This document shows positions 43,177 to 54,599 of a DNA stretch of 64,000 nt, in pieces (position 1 is the stretch's first letter; each line of letters starts with the position of its first letter). The stretch comes from an uncultured Spirochaetota bacterium. GTDB lineage: Bacteria; Spirochaetota; Spirochaetia; SZUA-6; CAVTHK01. The notes beneath the pieces were generated by a model, which had not been told where the DNA came from, searched no databases, and saw only the letters and a program-made list of their open reading frames with translations. A program made the position numbers and the translations under genes. Location of the stretch: assembly GCA_963734495.1 (NCBI GenBank), contig CAVTHK010000011.1:736001-800000 (forward strand), read 5' to 3'.

Positions 43177-44254
43177 CCGGCTCCCTTTGCGGCCACGAGC
43201 TCGCGCAGCCGCAGCGCGAAGCACTCCCCGGTCTCGGCCCACGTGGGCAGCGCCGCCGCCCGCTCCCGCGAGCGGCGCGCGGCCGCCGCCCGCAGCTCGG
43301 GACTCGCCAGCATCGCCGCTATCCCCTCGCCGAGGCCGCGGACGTCGCCGGCGGGCACGAGGCCCTCGCCGCCGGCGGTCTCCGACACGCCGCCGACGTC
43401 GAAGGCGACGAACGGGAGGCCGAAGGAGAGAGCCTCGGCCAGGGCGATCCCGTACGCCTCGTAGCGCGACGAGAGGACGAAGAGGTCCGCATCGCGGTAC
43501 GCGGCGGCGAGGGCTTCGCCGTCGAGGGGACCGGTGAGGTCGACGCGGCCGCCGAGCCCGCGGCGGCGCACCAGCCGCAGCACCCGGCGCGCGAAAGCGC
43601 GGTCGACGGTCGCGTCCCCCACCAGGCGCAGCTTCCAGTCGAGATCCGCGTGCGCGGCGAGCGCGCGCACGAGCAGGTCCTGCCCCTTGACGCGAAAGAG
43701 GTTGCCGACCGCGAGGACGACAGGCGGGCCGGCCGCGCGGGCGCGGGCCGCCCGCGGGGGAGCGACGGCATCGCGGCCGGGCGGGCAGACCGCCACCGCG
43801 ACGCCGGCGTCCCGCGAGTCGAACGATCTCGCGGCGGGAGGCGCGGCTGTTGGTGACGACGAGGTCGGAGGCGCGGAGCAGCGCCCGCTCCAGGCGAGCG
43901 GCCAGCGGACGCAGCAGCGTTCGCGGCTCCTCCCGGCTCTTGAGCATGTGGACCACGGTGACGAGCACGGGCCGCGGGCGGCGCGTCCTTGGGCGCAGCG
44001 CGAACGCGGGCGCGGCCGACGCGTGCGCCAGGCCGTCGACGATGACGGCGTCCGGGCGCCTCCGGCCCTCGAGGGCGCGGCGCAGCCTCCCGTCGAGCGC
44101 CTGCAGCGGCGCGAACGCGTAGGGCAGCCGCGGCAGCGCGAGCGTCTCGGACCGCATCGCCCCGCGCGCGCAGCGCCTCGACGATCTTGAGGTTGTAGAG
44201 GGTGCCGCCGGTGATGCGCGCGCCCGTCCGGCACGTGATCAGGAGCACGTTCAT
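43173..44254 (-). CDS. Glycosyltransferase family 4 (frameshifts near 44150 and 43830)
   Basis: TGGTLYN, VDGL, KGQD, EAYGIALAEA. Confidence 0.82.
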
Positions 44255-44640
44255 CGGCCGCTCCACGGCTCTTCGTACGATGCCCATGCGTCGTCGCTCT
44301 CCCAGATCGTGACCTCGGAGCGGCCGATGCCGGACGCCGCGGCCCCGAGCAGCCGGCGCAGCTCGGACGTGACGAACACGGCCACGTTCTCGACGCTCGG
44401 AGCCCGCGAGGAGAAGAACGGCAGGGCGTTCAGGTCGGCCCCGTCCAGGGCGCGGCAGACTCCACCTAGACATCTCTTGAGCTCCGAGATGTCGACCGAG
44501 TAGCCTTTCTCGTCGAGCCCGCCTGTGGCGCAGGACCACTGGATCGCGTAGTCGTGGGCGTGCGGCGACGCCTCGCTCCCGCCCTCGGCAGGCAGCGCGT
44601 GGATCGCGCGCAGGCGGTTCTTGACGCCGGCTCGGAACAT
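44251..44640 (-). CDS. PTPS/QueD (COG0720) family protein lacking the catalytic Cys
   Basis: H..HAHDY, GY.VD, DLN.L..F, SVENVA, IWE. Confidence 0.8.
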   Translation of the reverse strand: MFRAGVKNRLRAIHALPAEGGSEASPHAHDYAIQWSCATGGLDEKGYSVDISELKRCLGGVCRALDGADLNALPFFSSRAPSVENVAVFVTSELRRLLGAAASGIGRSEVTIWESDDAWASYEEPWSGR

Positions 44641-44655
44641 CGGCCGCTCCTTTCC

Positions 44656-45643
44656 TCACGGCTCCAGCACGACCTGCAGGGTCTCCCCGGGGCGCTCGCA
44701 GATGAGGTTGAAGGCATCCTGCGCCTTCTCGAGAGCGAAGCGATGAGTGATGTACTTCGAAGGCCGGACGCGGCGCACCATCGCCAGCGCCAGGGCGAGC
44801 CGCCGCCGCTTGTCCCATCGCGCCGAAAGGGCGGGGCTGATCGTGGAGACCTGGCTCGCCCGGATGGCGAGCCGCTTGCGGTGGAAGGCCTCGCCCAGCG
44901 CGAGGCTCACGCTGCGGCTCCCGTAGTAGGAGGCCTCGATCACGGCGGCCTCGAACGCGAGCGCGTCGATCGCGGTCTGAAGGCCTGAGCCTTCGGCGCT
45001 CGCGTTGATCGCGACGTCGAAGCCGCGGCCCTCCGTCGCTTCGGCGAGCCTCGCGGCCGCGGACGGGTCGTTGGGGTCGAGCGCGAGGCAGCCGAGCGCC
45101 TCCGAGGCGCGCCGGCGGCGCGGCGTGCGGCTCGAGGGTCACGATCCTCGCGGGCGACGAGGCGGCCAGGATCTCGGCCACCAGCAGCCCGATGACGCCC
45201 TGGCCGACGACGAGGACCCGGTCGCCGAGGACCGGCGCCGCGTCGTGGCAGATCGCGACGGCGGTCTCCATGCTCGCGAGGAACACGGCATCTTCGAACG
45301 GGACCTCCGGACCGAGCGCGACGGTCTCGTCCTCCCGCACGCGGAAGCGGGTCTGATGGGGGTAGAAGGCGAACACGCGGCCGCCGCCCGGCGTCAGGCC
45401 GACGTTGGTGTAGCCATAACGAAGAGGATAGCGCATCGGGCAGACGAGGGCGCTCAGGCTCGCGTCCGCGGTTCCGTTGCCCTGGAACTCGCCCCTGAAG
45501 ATGAGCATCTCCGTGCCGTGGCTGATGCCGATCAGGGCGCTCGTCACCTCTATCTCGCCCGGCGCGGCGGGAGCGGGCACCTCCACGTCGCGGACCGAGA
45601 CGATGCGCGGGGCGTCAAAGAAGAGCGCCCTCGCCTTACCCAT
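44656..45643 (-). CDS. Zinc-binding (MDR) alcohol dehydrogenase-like protein (frameshift near 45120)
   Basis: ISHGTE, P..YGY, FYPHQ, GQGVIG, SYYG, FHRKRL.I..SQVS. Confidence 0.82.
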
Positions 45644-46310
45644 TCGCGACGGGCTCCAGGTCCCACACGACGTCCTCGCCGCGCTGCTCCAGGCGCACCG
45701 GGCGGAACCGCAGCGCTCTCGCGAGATCGTCGATGCCGAGATCCGCGACCGCGGGCACGCCGGCGCCGATCACGAGAGGCGCCGTGACGATCAGCAGCCG
45801 GTCCACGAGCCCGGACCTCAGGAAGGCCGTGATCACGGAGCTGCCCCCCTCGACAAAGAGAGTCCCGATCCCGCGGGCGGACAGCGCCTCGAGCGCGGGC
45901 CCCAGGGCGACGCCGCCGCCCCCGCCCGGCCCCGCGGCCCGCTCGGCAGCGATCACCTCGACCCCGAGACGCCGCAGCCGCTCGACCTTCGCGGCATCGG
46001 GGGCGAGCGAAAACACGACCGTCGCGTACCGGTCCGCGCTCCGCGCGATCCGACCGTCCTCAGGCAGCCGCAGGCGCGAATCGAGGACGACGCGCACCGG
46101 CGAAGAGCAGCCGGGGAGGCGGCAGGTGAGGAGGGGGTCGTCGCGGAGGACCGTGCCGATGCCCACGAGGATCGCATCGTTGTCCCGCCGCAATTCCTGG
46201 GCGAGCTCGAGCGTCCCGGGGCCGGAGATCCACTGCGACTGGCCGGTCCGCGTGGCAATCCGCCCGTCGAGACTCTGCGCATAACTTACCGTGACGCGCG
46301 GCCGGCCCAT
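45636..46310 (-). CDS. RibD C-terminal (reductase) domain protein
   Basis: YAQSLDGRIA, WISG, AILVGIGTVLRDDP.LT.R, VEGG. Confidence 0.87.
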   Translation of the reverse strand: MGRPRVTVSYAQSLDGRIATRTGQSQWISGPGTLELAQELRRDNDAILVGIGTVLRDDPLLTCRLPGCSSPVRVVLDSRLRLPEDGRIARSADRYATVVFSLAPDAAKVERLRRLGVEVIAAERAAGPGGGGGVALGPALEALSARGIGTLFVEGGSSVITAFLRSGLVDRLLIVTAPLVIGAGVPAVADLGIDDLARALRFRPVRLEQRGEDVVWDLEPVANG

Positions 46311-46368
46311 CTTACCACTATACGTACGCGGTTTGCCGGCGGGCAAGCTCGCAGGCTATCCTTGCCTG

Positions 46369-47451
46369 ATGGGGTCGATCGCCCTGCCGAAACCGCTGCT
46401 CAAGCGCTGGCACCTCGCGCTGGCCGTCTCCATTGCGGCCTGCGCGGCTGTCGCGGCGGCCGTGAGCCCGGCACTCGGCGGCGAGGCGGTGATGCTGCGG
46501 GCGGGGCTGGTGTTCGCCGGGGCGGCCTGGCTGCTCGCGAGCTGTCGGCTGCACCTGAGGGACAACCGGGGCCCGGGAGGGGCGCTCTACGAGAGCCTCG
46601 GGCCTGCGAACCGGCTGACCCTGGCGCGCGGCCTGGCTGTGGCGGCGCTCGCGGCGTTCTATTTGACGCCGGGCCGCGGCGGTTTCGTGGACTGGCTCCC
46701 GGCCCTGCTGTACGCGGCGGTCGTCGCCGGCGACTACCTCGACGGCCTGATCGCGCGCCGTTCCGCGCGACTCACGCGGCTGGGCGAGCGCCTCGACACC
46801 GAGGTCGATGCCCTCGGCGTGCTCTTCGCTTCGGCGCTCGCGGTCTCGCGGCAGGCCCTGCCGCCGTGGTTCCTGCTGGTCGGCTTTGCCCGCTACCTGT
46901 GGGTGCTCACGCTGGCGCTGCGGCGCCGCCTGGGCGGCAGAGTCGTCTCCATATCCGGCACGGCAAGCGGCCGCTTTCTCGCGGGCGCGATGATGGGCCT
47001 CCTCACGGCCGCGCTCGCGCCCGCGGTCTCGCGGCAGCGGCTCGCGATCGCGGCCGTCGTGTTCGCCGTCCCGTTCCTGGCCGGCTTCGCGCGCGACTGG
47101 CTGCGGGCAGCGGACATCGTCCCGGAGAGCTCGTCGCTGTACCGCGGCGCGGCGCGCATCGGGCGGCTCGTCCTGGACTGGCTGCCGCTGCCCCTGCGCG
47201 CCGCGTCAGCCGCGGCGCTGGCGGCGCTCGCGTGGGCCTCGGCCCCGCTGATGGCCGCGCCGGCGCTCGCGCTGCTGCTCGGCGCCGCGGGGCGGGCGGC
47301 CGCGCTGGCCCTGGTCCTTCTCTCCGCCCTGCGACTCATACCGCTCGACGGGGCGGCGCTGGCGGGAGTGCTGTCTCTGCTGATCCTCGGAACAGGCAGG
47401 TGGTCCGTTTGGTCGCCGGAGCGCAGGCTGTTCGCAAGAAACGCTGGCTGA
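46369..47451 (+). CDS. CDP-alcohol phosphatidyltransferase family protein
   Basis: ANRLTLAR, DYLDGLIARR...T.LGERLDTEVD motif. Confidence 0.85.
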   Translation: MGSIALPKPLLKRWHLALAVSIAACAAVAAAVSPALGGEAVMLRAGLVFAGAAWLLASCRLHLRDNRGPGGALYESLGPANRLTLARGLAVAALAAFYLTPGRGGFVDWLPALLYAAVVAGDYLDGLIARRSARLTRLGERLDTEVDALGVLFASALAVSRQALPPWFLLVGFARYLWVLTLALRRRLGGRVVSISGTASGRFLAGAMMGLLTAALAPAVSRQRLAIAAVVFAVPFLAGFARDWLRAADIVPESSSLYRGAARIGRLVLDWLPLPLRAASAAALAALAWASAPLMAAPALALLLGAAGRAAALALVLLSALRLIPLDGAALAGVLSLLILGTGRWSVWSPERRLFARNAG

Positions 47452-48390
47452 GCCGCCTGTTCTGGACGGCCGTGCTCGCCCTCGCCGTGCGCGTGCTCGC
47501 GAGTGTGCCCCTGCCTGCCCTGGCGGCCGTGCTGCGGGGCCTCGACCCGGCGCGTCTGGCGGCGATCCTCGCGGTTGACCTCCTTCTCGTGGCCGCCGCG
47601 CCGGTGCGCCTGTGGCTTCTCTCGCGCGGGGGCGGGACAAAGCTGCCCGTACGTTCCGCTGATCCTCTACCGCCTGGCGTCCTCGGCGGTCAATTACCTC
47701 ACCCCCGGCGCGCAGGTAGGCGGCGAGCCCCTGCAGGCGATGCTGCTTTCGGCGCGCCACGGCATGGCCGCCGCCGAGGCCGCCGGCCTTACCGTGCTCG
47801 CCCGCCTGGTGGATTCCGCGAGCGCCGCGGCGTTCTTCGGCCTCGGCGTCGCGCTTATGGCGGCAGGCCGCGGACCTTCGGCCCTGTTGCCGCTCGCGGC
47901 TGCGCTGGCCCTGCTCGCGGCACCGTTCGCCTACGGGATCGCGCTGCGATCGGGTCGCCGGCCCGCCACCGCGGTTGCCGCGCGGCTGGCCGCCGGGCTC
48001 GCGCGCTTCGCCGCGGGCGTGCGCGATACCGAGGAGGCGCTTGCGGTCCTCTGCGCTCGGAAGCCCGCAGCCATCGCGCGGGCGCTCGCAGCCTCCGCCC
48101 TCCTGTGGGTGCCGGTCGTGCTCGAGTACAGGCTGCTGCTGGCCGCGCTCGGCCTTCACCTCGATCTGCGCGCGTCGATCGAGGCGCTCACGCTCGCGCG
48201 CGCGGCTCTGCTCGCCCCTATCCCCGGAGCGGTCGCCGTTCTGGAGGCTGCACAGGTCGTCGGGCTGCGGCGGCTGGGCGAGTCCGCGGCGAGCGGCCTG
48301 GCCCTGGGGCTCCTGATCCGCGCGCGCGACCTGTTTTTCGTGCTGCCCGGCCTCGCGGCCGCGCGGCTGCTGCGCCCGAGGCGCCCATAG
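47430..48390 (+). CDS. Lysylphosphatidylglycerol-synthase TM / flippase-like membrane protein (start uncertain; frameshift near 47650)
   Basis: NYLTPGAQVGGE, P.PG...LE motifs; hydrophobic. Confidence 0.7.
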
Positions 48391-48451
48391 GCGCCTGGAG
48401 CCGTGTGCGCGCGGGCTTGCCCGCGATCCGCGCCCGGCTTAATCTACATCC

Positions 48452-49566
48452 ATGGTCACCCGCGAGATGATCCGCCAGCTGCCGAAGGTGGAGCTCCACG
48501 ACCACCTCGACGGCAGCGTGAGGGCTTCCACGATCGTCGAGCTCGCGCGCGAGCAGGGCGTCGAGCTGCCCGCGCGGGACCCCGCCGCTCTCGCCGAGTG
48601 GTTCCACCGGGGCGCGGATCGCAAGAGCCTCAAGCTGTACCTCGAGGGGTTCGGCGTGACCGTCTCCGTGATGCAGACCGAGGAGGCGTTGGAGCGCGTC
48701 GCGCGCGAGGCGATCGAGGACCTGGCGGCGGACCACGTGATGTACGCGGAGGTCCGCTTCGCCCCGATGCTGCACCTCGGCGCGCGGGCTGAACCTGGAG
48801 CGCGTCGTGCTCGCCGTGCTGCGGGGCCTCGAGGCGGGGCGCGCCGCGACCGGGCACCGACTTCGGTCTGATCCTGTCCTCGCTGCGCGACCAGCAGGTC
48901 TCGCTGGAGACCGCCGAGCTGGCCGTCGCCTTCCGCGACAAGGGGGTGGTGGCGTTCGACCTCGCCGGCGACGAGTACGGGCACCCGCCCAAGCGCCACC
49001 TCGACGCCTTCGAGTACATCCGCAGCAAGAACTTCAACATCACGATCCACGCCGGCGAGGCGTTCGGCATGGAGAGCATCTGGCAGGCGCTGCAGATCTG
49101 CGGCGCGCACCGCATCGGGCACGCGACGCGGCTGCGCGAGGACATGGTGGTGAGCGGCACGCGGATCGTGCAGATGGGGACGCTCGCCCAGTTCATCCTG
49201 GACAAGCGGGTGCCCATGGAGATGTGCCTGTCCTCGAACGTGCAGACCGGCGCCGCCGAGTCGCTCGACGCCCACCCGTTCCCGCTGTACTACCGGAACA
49301 ACTTCCGCGTGTTCCTCTGCACGGACAACCGGCTGATGAGCGACACCACGCTGAGCCGCGAGATGGAGCTCGCGGTCAAGCACTACAACCTGACGCTCGA
49401 GGATCTCGAGAAGATCACGATCAACGCCATGAAGAGCGCGTTTGCGCACCACGACGAGCGCATCCGGATCATCTACGACGTGCTCAAGCCCCGCTTCGCG
49501 CGCATGAGGCAGGAGATCACATCGCTTGCCGTGACCGCAAGGCCAGGCTTGCTGACCGAAGATTAG
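48452..49566 (+). CDS. add: Adenosine deaminase (frameshifts near 48785 and 48860)
   Basis: LPKVELHDHLDG, YAEVRFAP, FDLAGDE, HAGE, RIGH, SSNVQT, TDN. Confidence 0.9.
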
Positions 49567-49837
49567 GCTCGCCTGACCGGGGAAGCCGCCGGGGGCGCCA
49601 TCTCCGGCCTCCGCAACCTCCGCGCTGAGATCGTGGTCATTGGGGTCGATTTGCGGTTGCCCCGGCCGGGGCGGAGCGGGCGGGGTCGGACAGCGGGCCG
49701 CTTCTGTCTCGACAGAGTCGGCCGGCCAGTGCTATATTGGCCCGGCTTTGACTGGCACGCCCCTCACCGTGAATTCTCAGCGGAGCCGCCGTTGCGGCCT
49801 CGAAGCATAGCCTGATCACCAACTTCCGGAGGTAACC

Positions 49838-52800
49838 ATGCCTGAGGTCGCCCAGAAAAGGACTCAGGTAGCCACCTTCCTCGACCTTTACCGATCCATG
49901 AGGACGACGCGCGCGGTGGAGGCGCTGGAGCAGGACTTTACCCGCAGGGGCGAAGCCTTCTTCTACGTCTCGTGCGCCGGCCACGAAGCGGCCGCGACGC
50001 TCGCGCCTCATCTCATCGAAGAGGACTGGCTCCAGGCCCACTACCGCGACAAGGCGCTGCTTCTGGCGCGCGGCATGAGCGTCGAGACGCTCTTTCTCGC
50101 CCTGTTCGCCAAGGACGCCTCCGAGTCCCGCGGCCGCGCCATGAACGCGATCATGAGCGACGCGGACCACCGCGTCATGGGCATGCCCGGGCGCGGTGGG
50201 CAGCGGCGGGCTGCACGCGTGCGGCGTCGCCGAGACGATCAAGGCCGACCCGGCGCGGCCGATCGTCTACTGCTCCGTCGGCGACGGCACGAGCCAGCAG
50301 GGCGAGATGCTCGAGGCGATCCTCACGTCGGCTGCGCGCGAGCTGCCGGTGCTCTGGGTCGTGCAGGACAACGGGCTCGCGATCTCCACGCGCACCAGCG
50401 GGCCGCACCTTCTTCTCGCTGCCGAGCGGGCGACCAGGACGTCTTCTGCGGCATCCCGATCCGCCGCATCGACGGCCACGACATCATCGGCGCCTACCGC
50501 GCCTACGGCGAGATCGTCGACGAGATGCGCGAGACGCGCAAGCCCGCCATCGTGATCCTGCGCGTGGAGCGGCTGGACAGCCACAGCAACGCCGACGATC
50601 AGACCCTCTACCGCACCGCCGAGGAGATCGATGAGGTGCGCCAGACCGCCGACCCCCTCGCGCTCTTCGAGGAGAGCCTCGAGGGGCTGGGCGTCAAGCG
50701 GCAGGAGCTCGAGCGGATCAAGGCCGAGATCGCCGAGCAGGTCAAGAGCGACGCGCTGCGCGCCCAGCGCAGCGGCGGACCCCTTCGCGACGTTCCACGC
50801 CAAGAAGGAGCTGCCCCGCGATCTCGAGGACCCGCCGCCGCGAGTACCGCGGCGACGCGAGCGAGCCGAGGTTCACGATGCTCGAGGCGGTGCGCGAGCT
50901 CTTCCGCAAGCGCATGCAGCGCGACAAGCGCATCGTCATGTTCGGCGAGGACCTCGAGGACCCCAAGGGCGACGTCTTCGGCCTCACCCGCGGGCTGACC
51001 GAGGCCTATCCCGGCCGCGTGCGCAACTCGCCGCTCTCCGAGTCGACGATCATCGGCTTCTCGGTCGGCGAGGCGCTGGCCGGCCGCAGGCCGATCGCCT
51101 TCCTTCAATTCGCCGACTTCCTCCCGCTCGCCTTCAACCAGATCACCACCGAGCTCGCCACCATGTACTGGCGCACCGACGGCCGCTACCAGGCGCCGGT
51201 CATCGTGATGGCGACCACCGGCGGCTACAAGCCCGGCCTCGGGCCGTTCCACGCGAGCAGCATGGAGTCGTACGCCGTCCACACTCCCGGGCGTCGACGT
51301 GTTCGAGCCGAGCACCGCGGCCGACGCGGTCGGGCCTGCTCAACGCGGCGATGCAGTCGGGGCGGCCGACGATCTTCTTCTACCCCAAGAACCTCGCTCA
51401 ACGACCGCGAGAACACGACGAGCGCCGACGTCGAGCGCCAGCTCGTTCCGATCGGCAAGGCGCGCATCGTGGAGAAGGGCGACGACATCACGCTCGTCGG
51501 CTGGGGCAACGCCGATGCCCATGTGCCGCAAGGCCGCGGCGGCCCTGCGCGGCGTCGGCTACGGCGCGGAAGTGATCGACCTGCGCAGTCTCTCGCCCTG
51601 GGACGAGCAGGCGGTGCTCGCCAGCGCCGAGCGCACCGGGCGACTCATGATCGTGCACGAGGAGAACCTCACCTGCGGCTTCGGCGCGGAGATCGCGGCC
51701 ACGGTGGCCGAAAAGGCCCGCGTCGCGGTGCTGGTCAGGCGCGTGACGCGCCCCGACACGTTCGTCCCTTCAACTTCGCCAACCAGCTCGAGGTGCTGCC
51801 GGGCTTCAAGCGCACGCTCGAAGAAGCCGCGGCCATGCTGGGCGCGGAGGTGAGCTGGCAGGCCCCGCCCAAGGCGGAGAGCCGGCGTCTTCCTCATCGA
51901 GGCGATCGGCTCGAGCCCTTCCGACGAGTCGGTCACGGTGCTCGACTGGCAGGTCAAGGCCGGCGACAAGATCGAGGCCGGAGCGATCGTCGCCAATCTC
52001 GAGGCGGACAAGGCGGTGCAGGAGCTCTCTTCGCCCGTGCAGGGCGTGGTGGCTCGAGCTGCTCGTGCCCGCGGGCGAGATGGTCAAGGTGGGCACGCCG
52101 CTCGCGAAGATCAAGACCGCCGAAGGCGGCGATGCCGCGCTCAAGCCCGTCTCGCGCGAGGAGCCGGGCACTCCCATCATCACCAAGGGGAAGGCGCCCG
52201 CCGCCGCCCGCGGCGCGTGCCTCGGCCGTCGCCGCGGTTCCTGCCGCGGGCGAAGCGCCGGCCGCCGAATCCAGGCGGGAGACGGCGGTCGAGATCGGGC
52301 TCGCCGGCGTCGAGGTGGCGACCGGGTCGCGCAAGGTGTCCAACGACGAGATCGCGGCCAAGTGCCCCGACTGGACGGCGGGCGAGATCCTCAAGCGCGT
52401 CGGCATCGAGAGCCGCTACTGGGTGGGCGAGGGCGAGACGGTCGTGACCCTCGGCGCGAAGGCCGCGCGCAAGCTGCTCGCGGCGCAGGGGCTCACGATC
52501 CGCGACATCGACCTGCTGATCGCGACCACGGGGACGCCGCCGACCACGACGCCGTCGACCGCGGCGCTCATCCTGCACGACCTGTCCGAGGGAGCCTCCG
52601 ACATCTACGTGCAGGCGCACGACATCAACGCCGCCTGCTCGGGCTACCTCTACGGGCTGCAGGCCGCCTACGACTACCTGTACACGCGGCCCGACAGGCG
52701 CGTCGCTGCTCGTGACGACGGAGACGCTCTCGCTGCGCACCGACCCGGCCGACCCGTCGACGGCGCCGATCTTCGGCGACGCCGCGACCGCGACGCTGCG

Positions 52801-53252
52801 TCGTGACCGCCGGCGGCAAGCAGAAGCTCCGCGCGCGCCTCTGGCCCCCGGCGCTCTCGGCCAAGGGCGAGGACGGGACGATCCTGCGCGTGCCCAACCA
52901 GGACGGGAGCTTCATCTACATGGACGGGCCCAAGGTGTTCCTCGAGGCGATCAAGGGCATGATCATGATGCTCGAGCAGGCCTGCGCCATCGCGGGCAAG
53001 ACGCTCGCCGACCTGGCGCTCGTGGTCCCGCACCAGGCCAACCAGCGCATCATCAACGCCGTGGCCATGAAGCTCAAGGCGCCGAAGGGGCTGCTCTACA
53101 GCAACATCCGGGAGTACGGCAACACCTCTTCGAGCACGATCCCGATCTGCCTGGCGAAGCTGCTCGGCGAGCGCAAGAGCGGCGAGCTGCTCGGGCTCAC
53201 CGCCTTCGGCGGCGGGTTCACGTTCGGCGGGGCGGTCATCCAGATCGTGTAG
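49838..53252 (+). CDS. Fused 2-oxoacid dehydrogenase E1alpha-E1beta, lipoyl domain and beta-ketoacyl-ACP synthase III (many frameshifts)
   Basis: GHE/HYRD, GDG...DN TPP motif, HSNADD, GED..GDVF, NSPLSE, QFADF, GPFH, EADKA lipoyl site, NAACSG, HQAN, GNT, AFGGG; single RBS/ATG at 49838. Confidence 0.8.
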
Positions 53253-53308
53253 TCGCGCAGACCGGGGCGGCGCCGGCTCCGCGGGCGGCGCCGCCTTCGC
53301 ACTCCAGG

Positions 53309-53755
53309 TCAGTTGCCCGGCGAGTATCGCACGTTGCCGGTGTAGCTCACCATCCACCCGATCCCGAATTTGTCGACGCACATGCCGTACTTTTCGGCCC
53401 ACTGCGTCTTCTGCAGCGGCATCTCGGGCTTCCCGCCCGCCGAGAGGCCTTTGAACACCCTTTCCGCTTCGGTCTCGTTGTCAGCCTCGAGGGCGATATA
53501 GAAGTTGTTCCCGGCCTTGACGGGGCGCTTCTGGGACTCGAGGATATCCGATCCCATGAGGATGTTGCCGTTGCCGATGGGCAGGGCGACGTGCATGATC
53601 TTGTCCAGCTCTTTGGCCGGGACCTTCATCGCCTCGCCGCCGGAGTCCTTGAATGTGATCAGGGCGTTGAACTCCCCGCCGAACACGGACTTATAGAACG
53701 TGAAGGCCTCCCGGGTGTTCCCGTGGAAATTGAGGTACGGGTTCGCTACCTTCAT
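53309..53755 (-). CDS. VOC/PhnB-family protein
   Basis: PYLNF.G...EA..FY, IMH, MGSD, DKFGIGWM. Confidence 0.88.
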   Translation of the reverse strand: MKVANPYLNFHGNTREAFTFYKSVFGGEFNALITFKDSGGEAMKVPAKELDKIMHVALPIGNGNILMGSDILESQKRPVKAGNNFYIALEADNETEAERVFKGLSAGGKPEMPLQKTQWAEKYGMCVDKFGIGWMVSYTGNVRYSPGN

Positions 53756-53903
53756 GGCTGCTCTCCTCGTGCGGATGTCTGCGGCGCCCCTGGGCCGCCC
53801 GAGGCGGCGCGCCACCGTCGTCCGGCTCCGCGGGCGCCAGCCAAAAAGATAACTCCGGCGGTCAGGTTAGGCTACAAGAAGTCGTAAGGGCGCACGGGGG
53901 CGA

Positions 53904-54434
53904 CTACCCGCGCGGCGACACTTCCCACGCCCTGAGGTTCTCGCTGCTCCACTTGAGCGACAGCGGGGGAAGCTCCACGGCGTGGAACTCCGGGCCGATG
54001 GCCCTCCGGACCGGGTCGGTGACCTTGATGCCCGGCAGACGGTTGAGCACGGCCGCGTGCGCCACGGTCTCGCCCATCACGTCGTCGACCCTGAGAGACT
54101 TGTGGCCGAAGATGCCGCGAGTGACCTCGCCGCTGCTGACAGCGGCGCCCAACTCGGCCACCTGCACGATCTCGTAGCTCTCGACAAGCGCCGCGAAGTC
54201 CTTGCGCATCCGCACGGCGCATCGGACGGCTTCGTTTTCCCTGCCGCGCGGAAACACGCAGAGCATCGCGTCGCCGATGTACTTCAGGATCGAGCCGCCG
54301 TTGTCCACGACGGCGGTGCCGGCCTTCTCGTAGAACTTCTGGACAAAGGCGGGCATCCGCTTCCCCAGCGCGACGCTCAGGCGCATGAAGCCCCTGATGT
54401 CGCAGAAGAGAACGACGAGGGACACTTTCTTCAT
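53904..54434 (-). CDS. Stand-alone class III nucleotide cyclase domain
   Basis: FCDIRGF, KYIGDA, DVMGETV. Confidence 0.75.
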   Translation of the reverse strand: MKKVSLVVLFCDIRGFMRLSVALGKRMPAFVQKFYEKAGTAVVDNGGSILKYIGDAMLCVFPRGRENEAVRCAVRMRKDFAALVESYEIVQVAELGAAVSSGEVTRGIFGHKSLRVDDVMGETVAHAAVLNRLPGIKVTDPVRRAIGPEFHAVELPPLSLKWSSENLRAWEVSPRG

Positions 54435-54599
54435 GGCGGCGACTCCTTCGCCCCAGCGTAGCCCCGCCTCTCGCCCGCCGTCAACGCGCAGCGCTGACGG
54501 CGGAGCCTCGTACCGCGCCCGGCGCCTGCACGTCCCCCGCGAGTGCGGGTCGAGTACCCGGCAGGCAGCGGAGCCATCGTGCCTGTACCTTGACCCTCG

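Noticed and set aside
42265-45643. Apparent GT-MTase and ADH-GT fusions in the ORF track
   Set aside because: Artefacts of frameshifts and stop-poor frames; each gene has its own start overlapping the previous stop
49838-53252. Programmed ribosomal frameshifting in the fusion gene
   Set aside because: Too many shifts, no slippery heptamers noted, and the same pattern occurs in unrelated housekeeping genes
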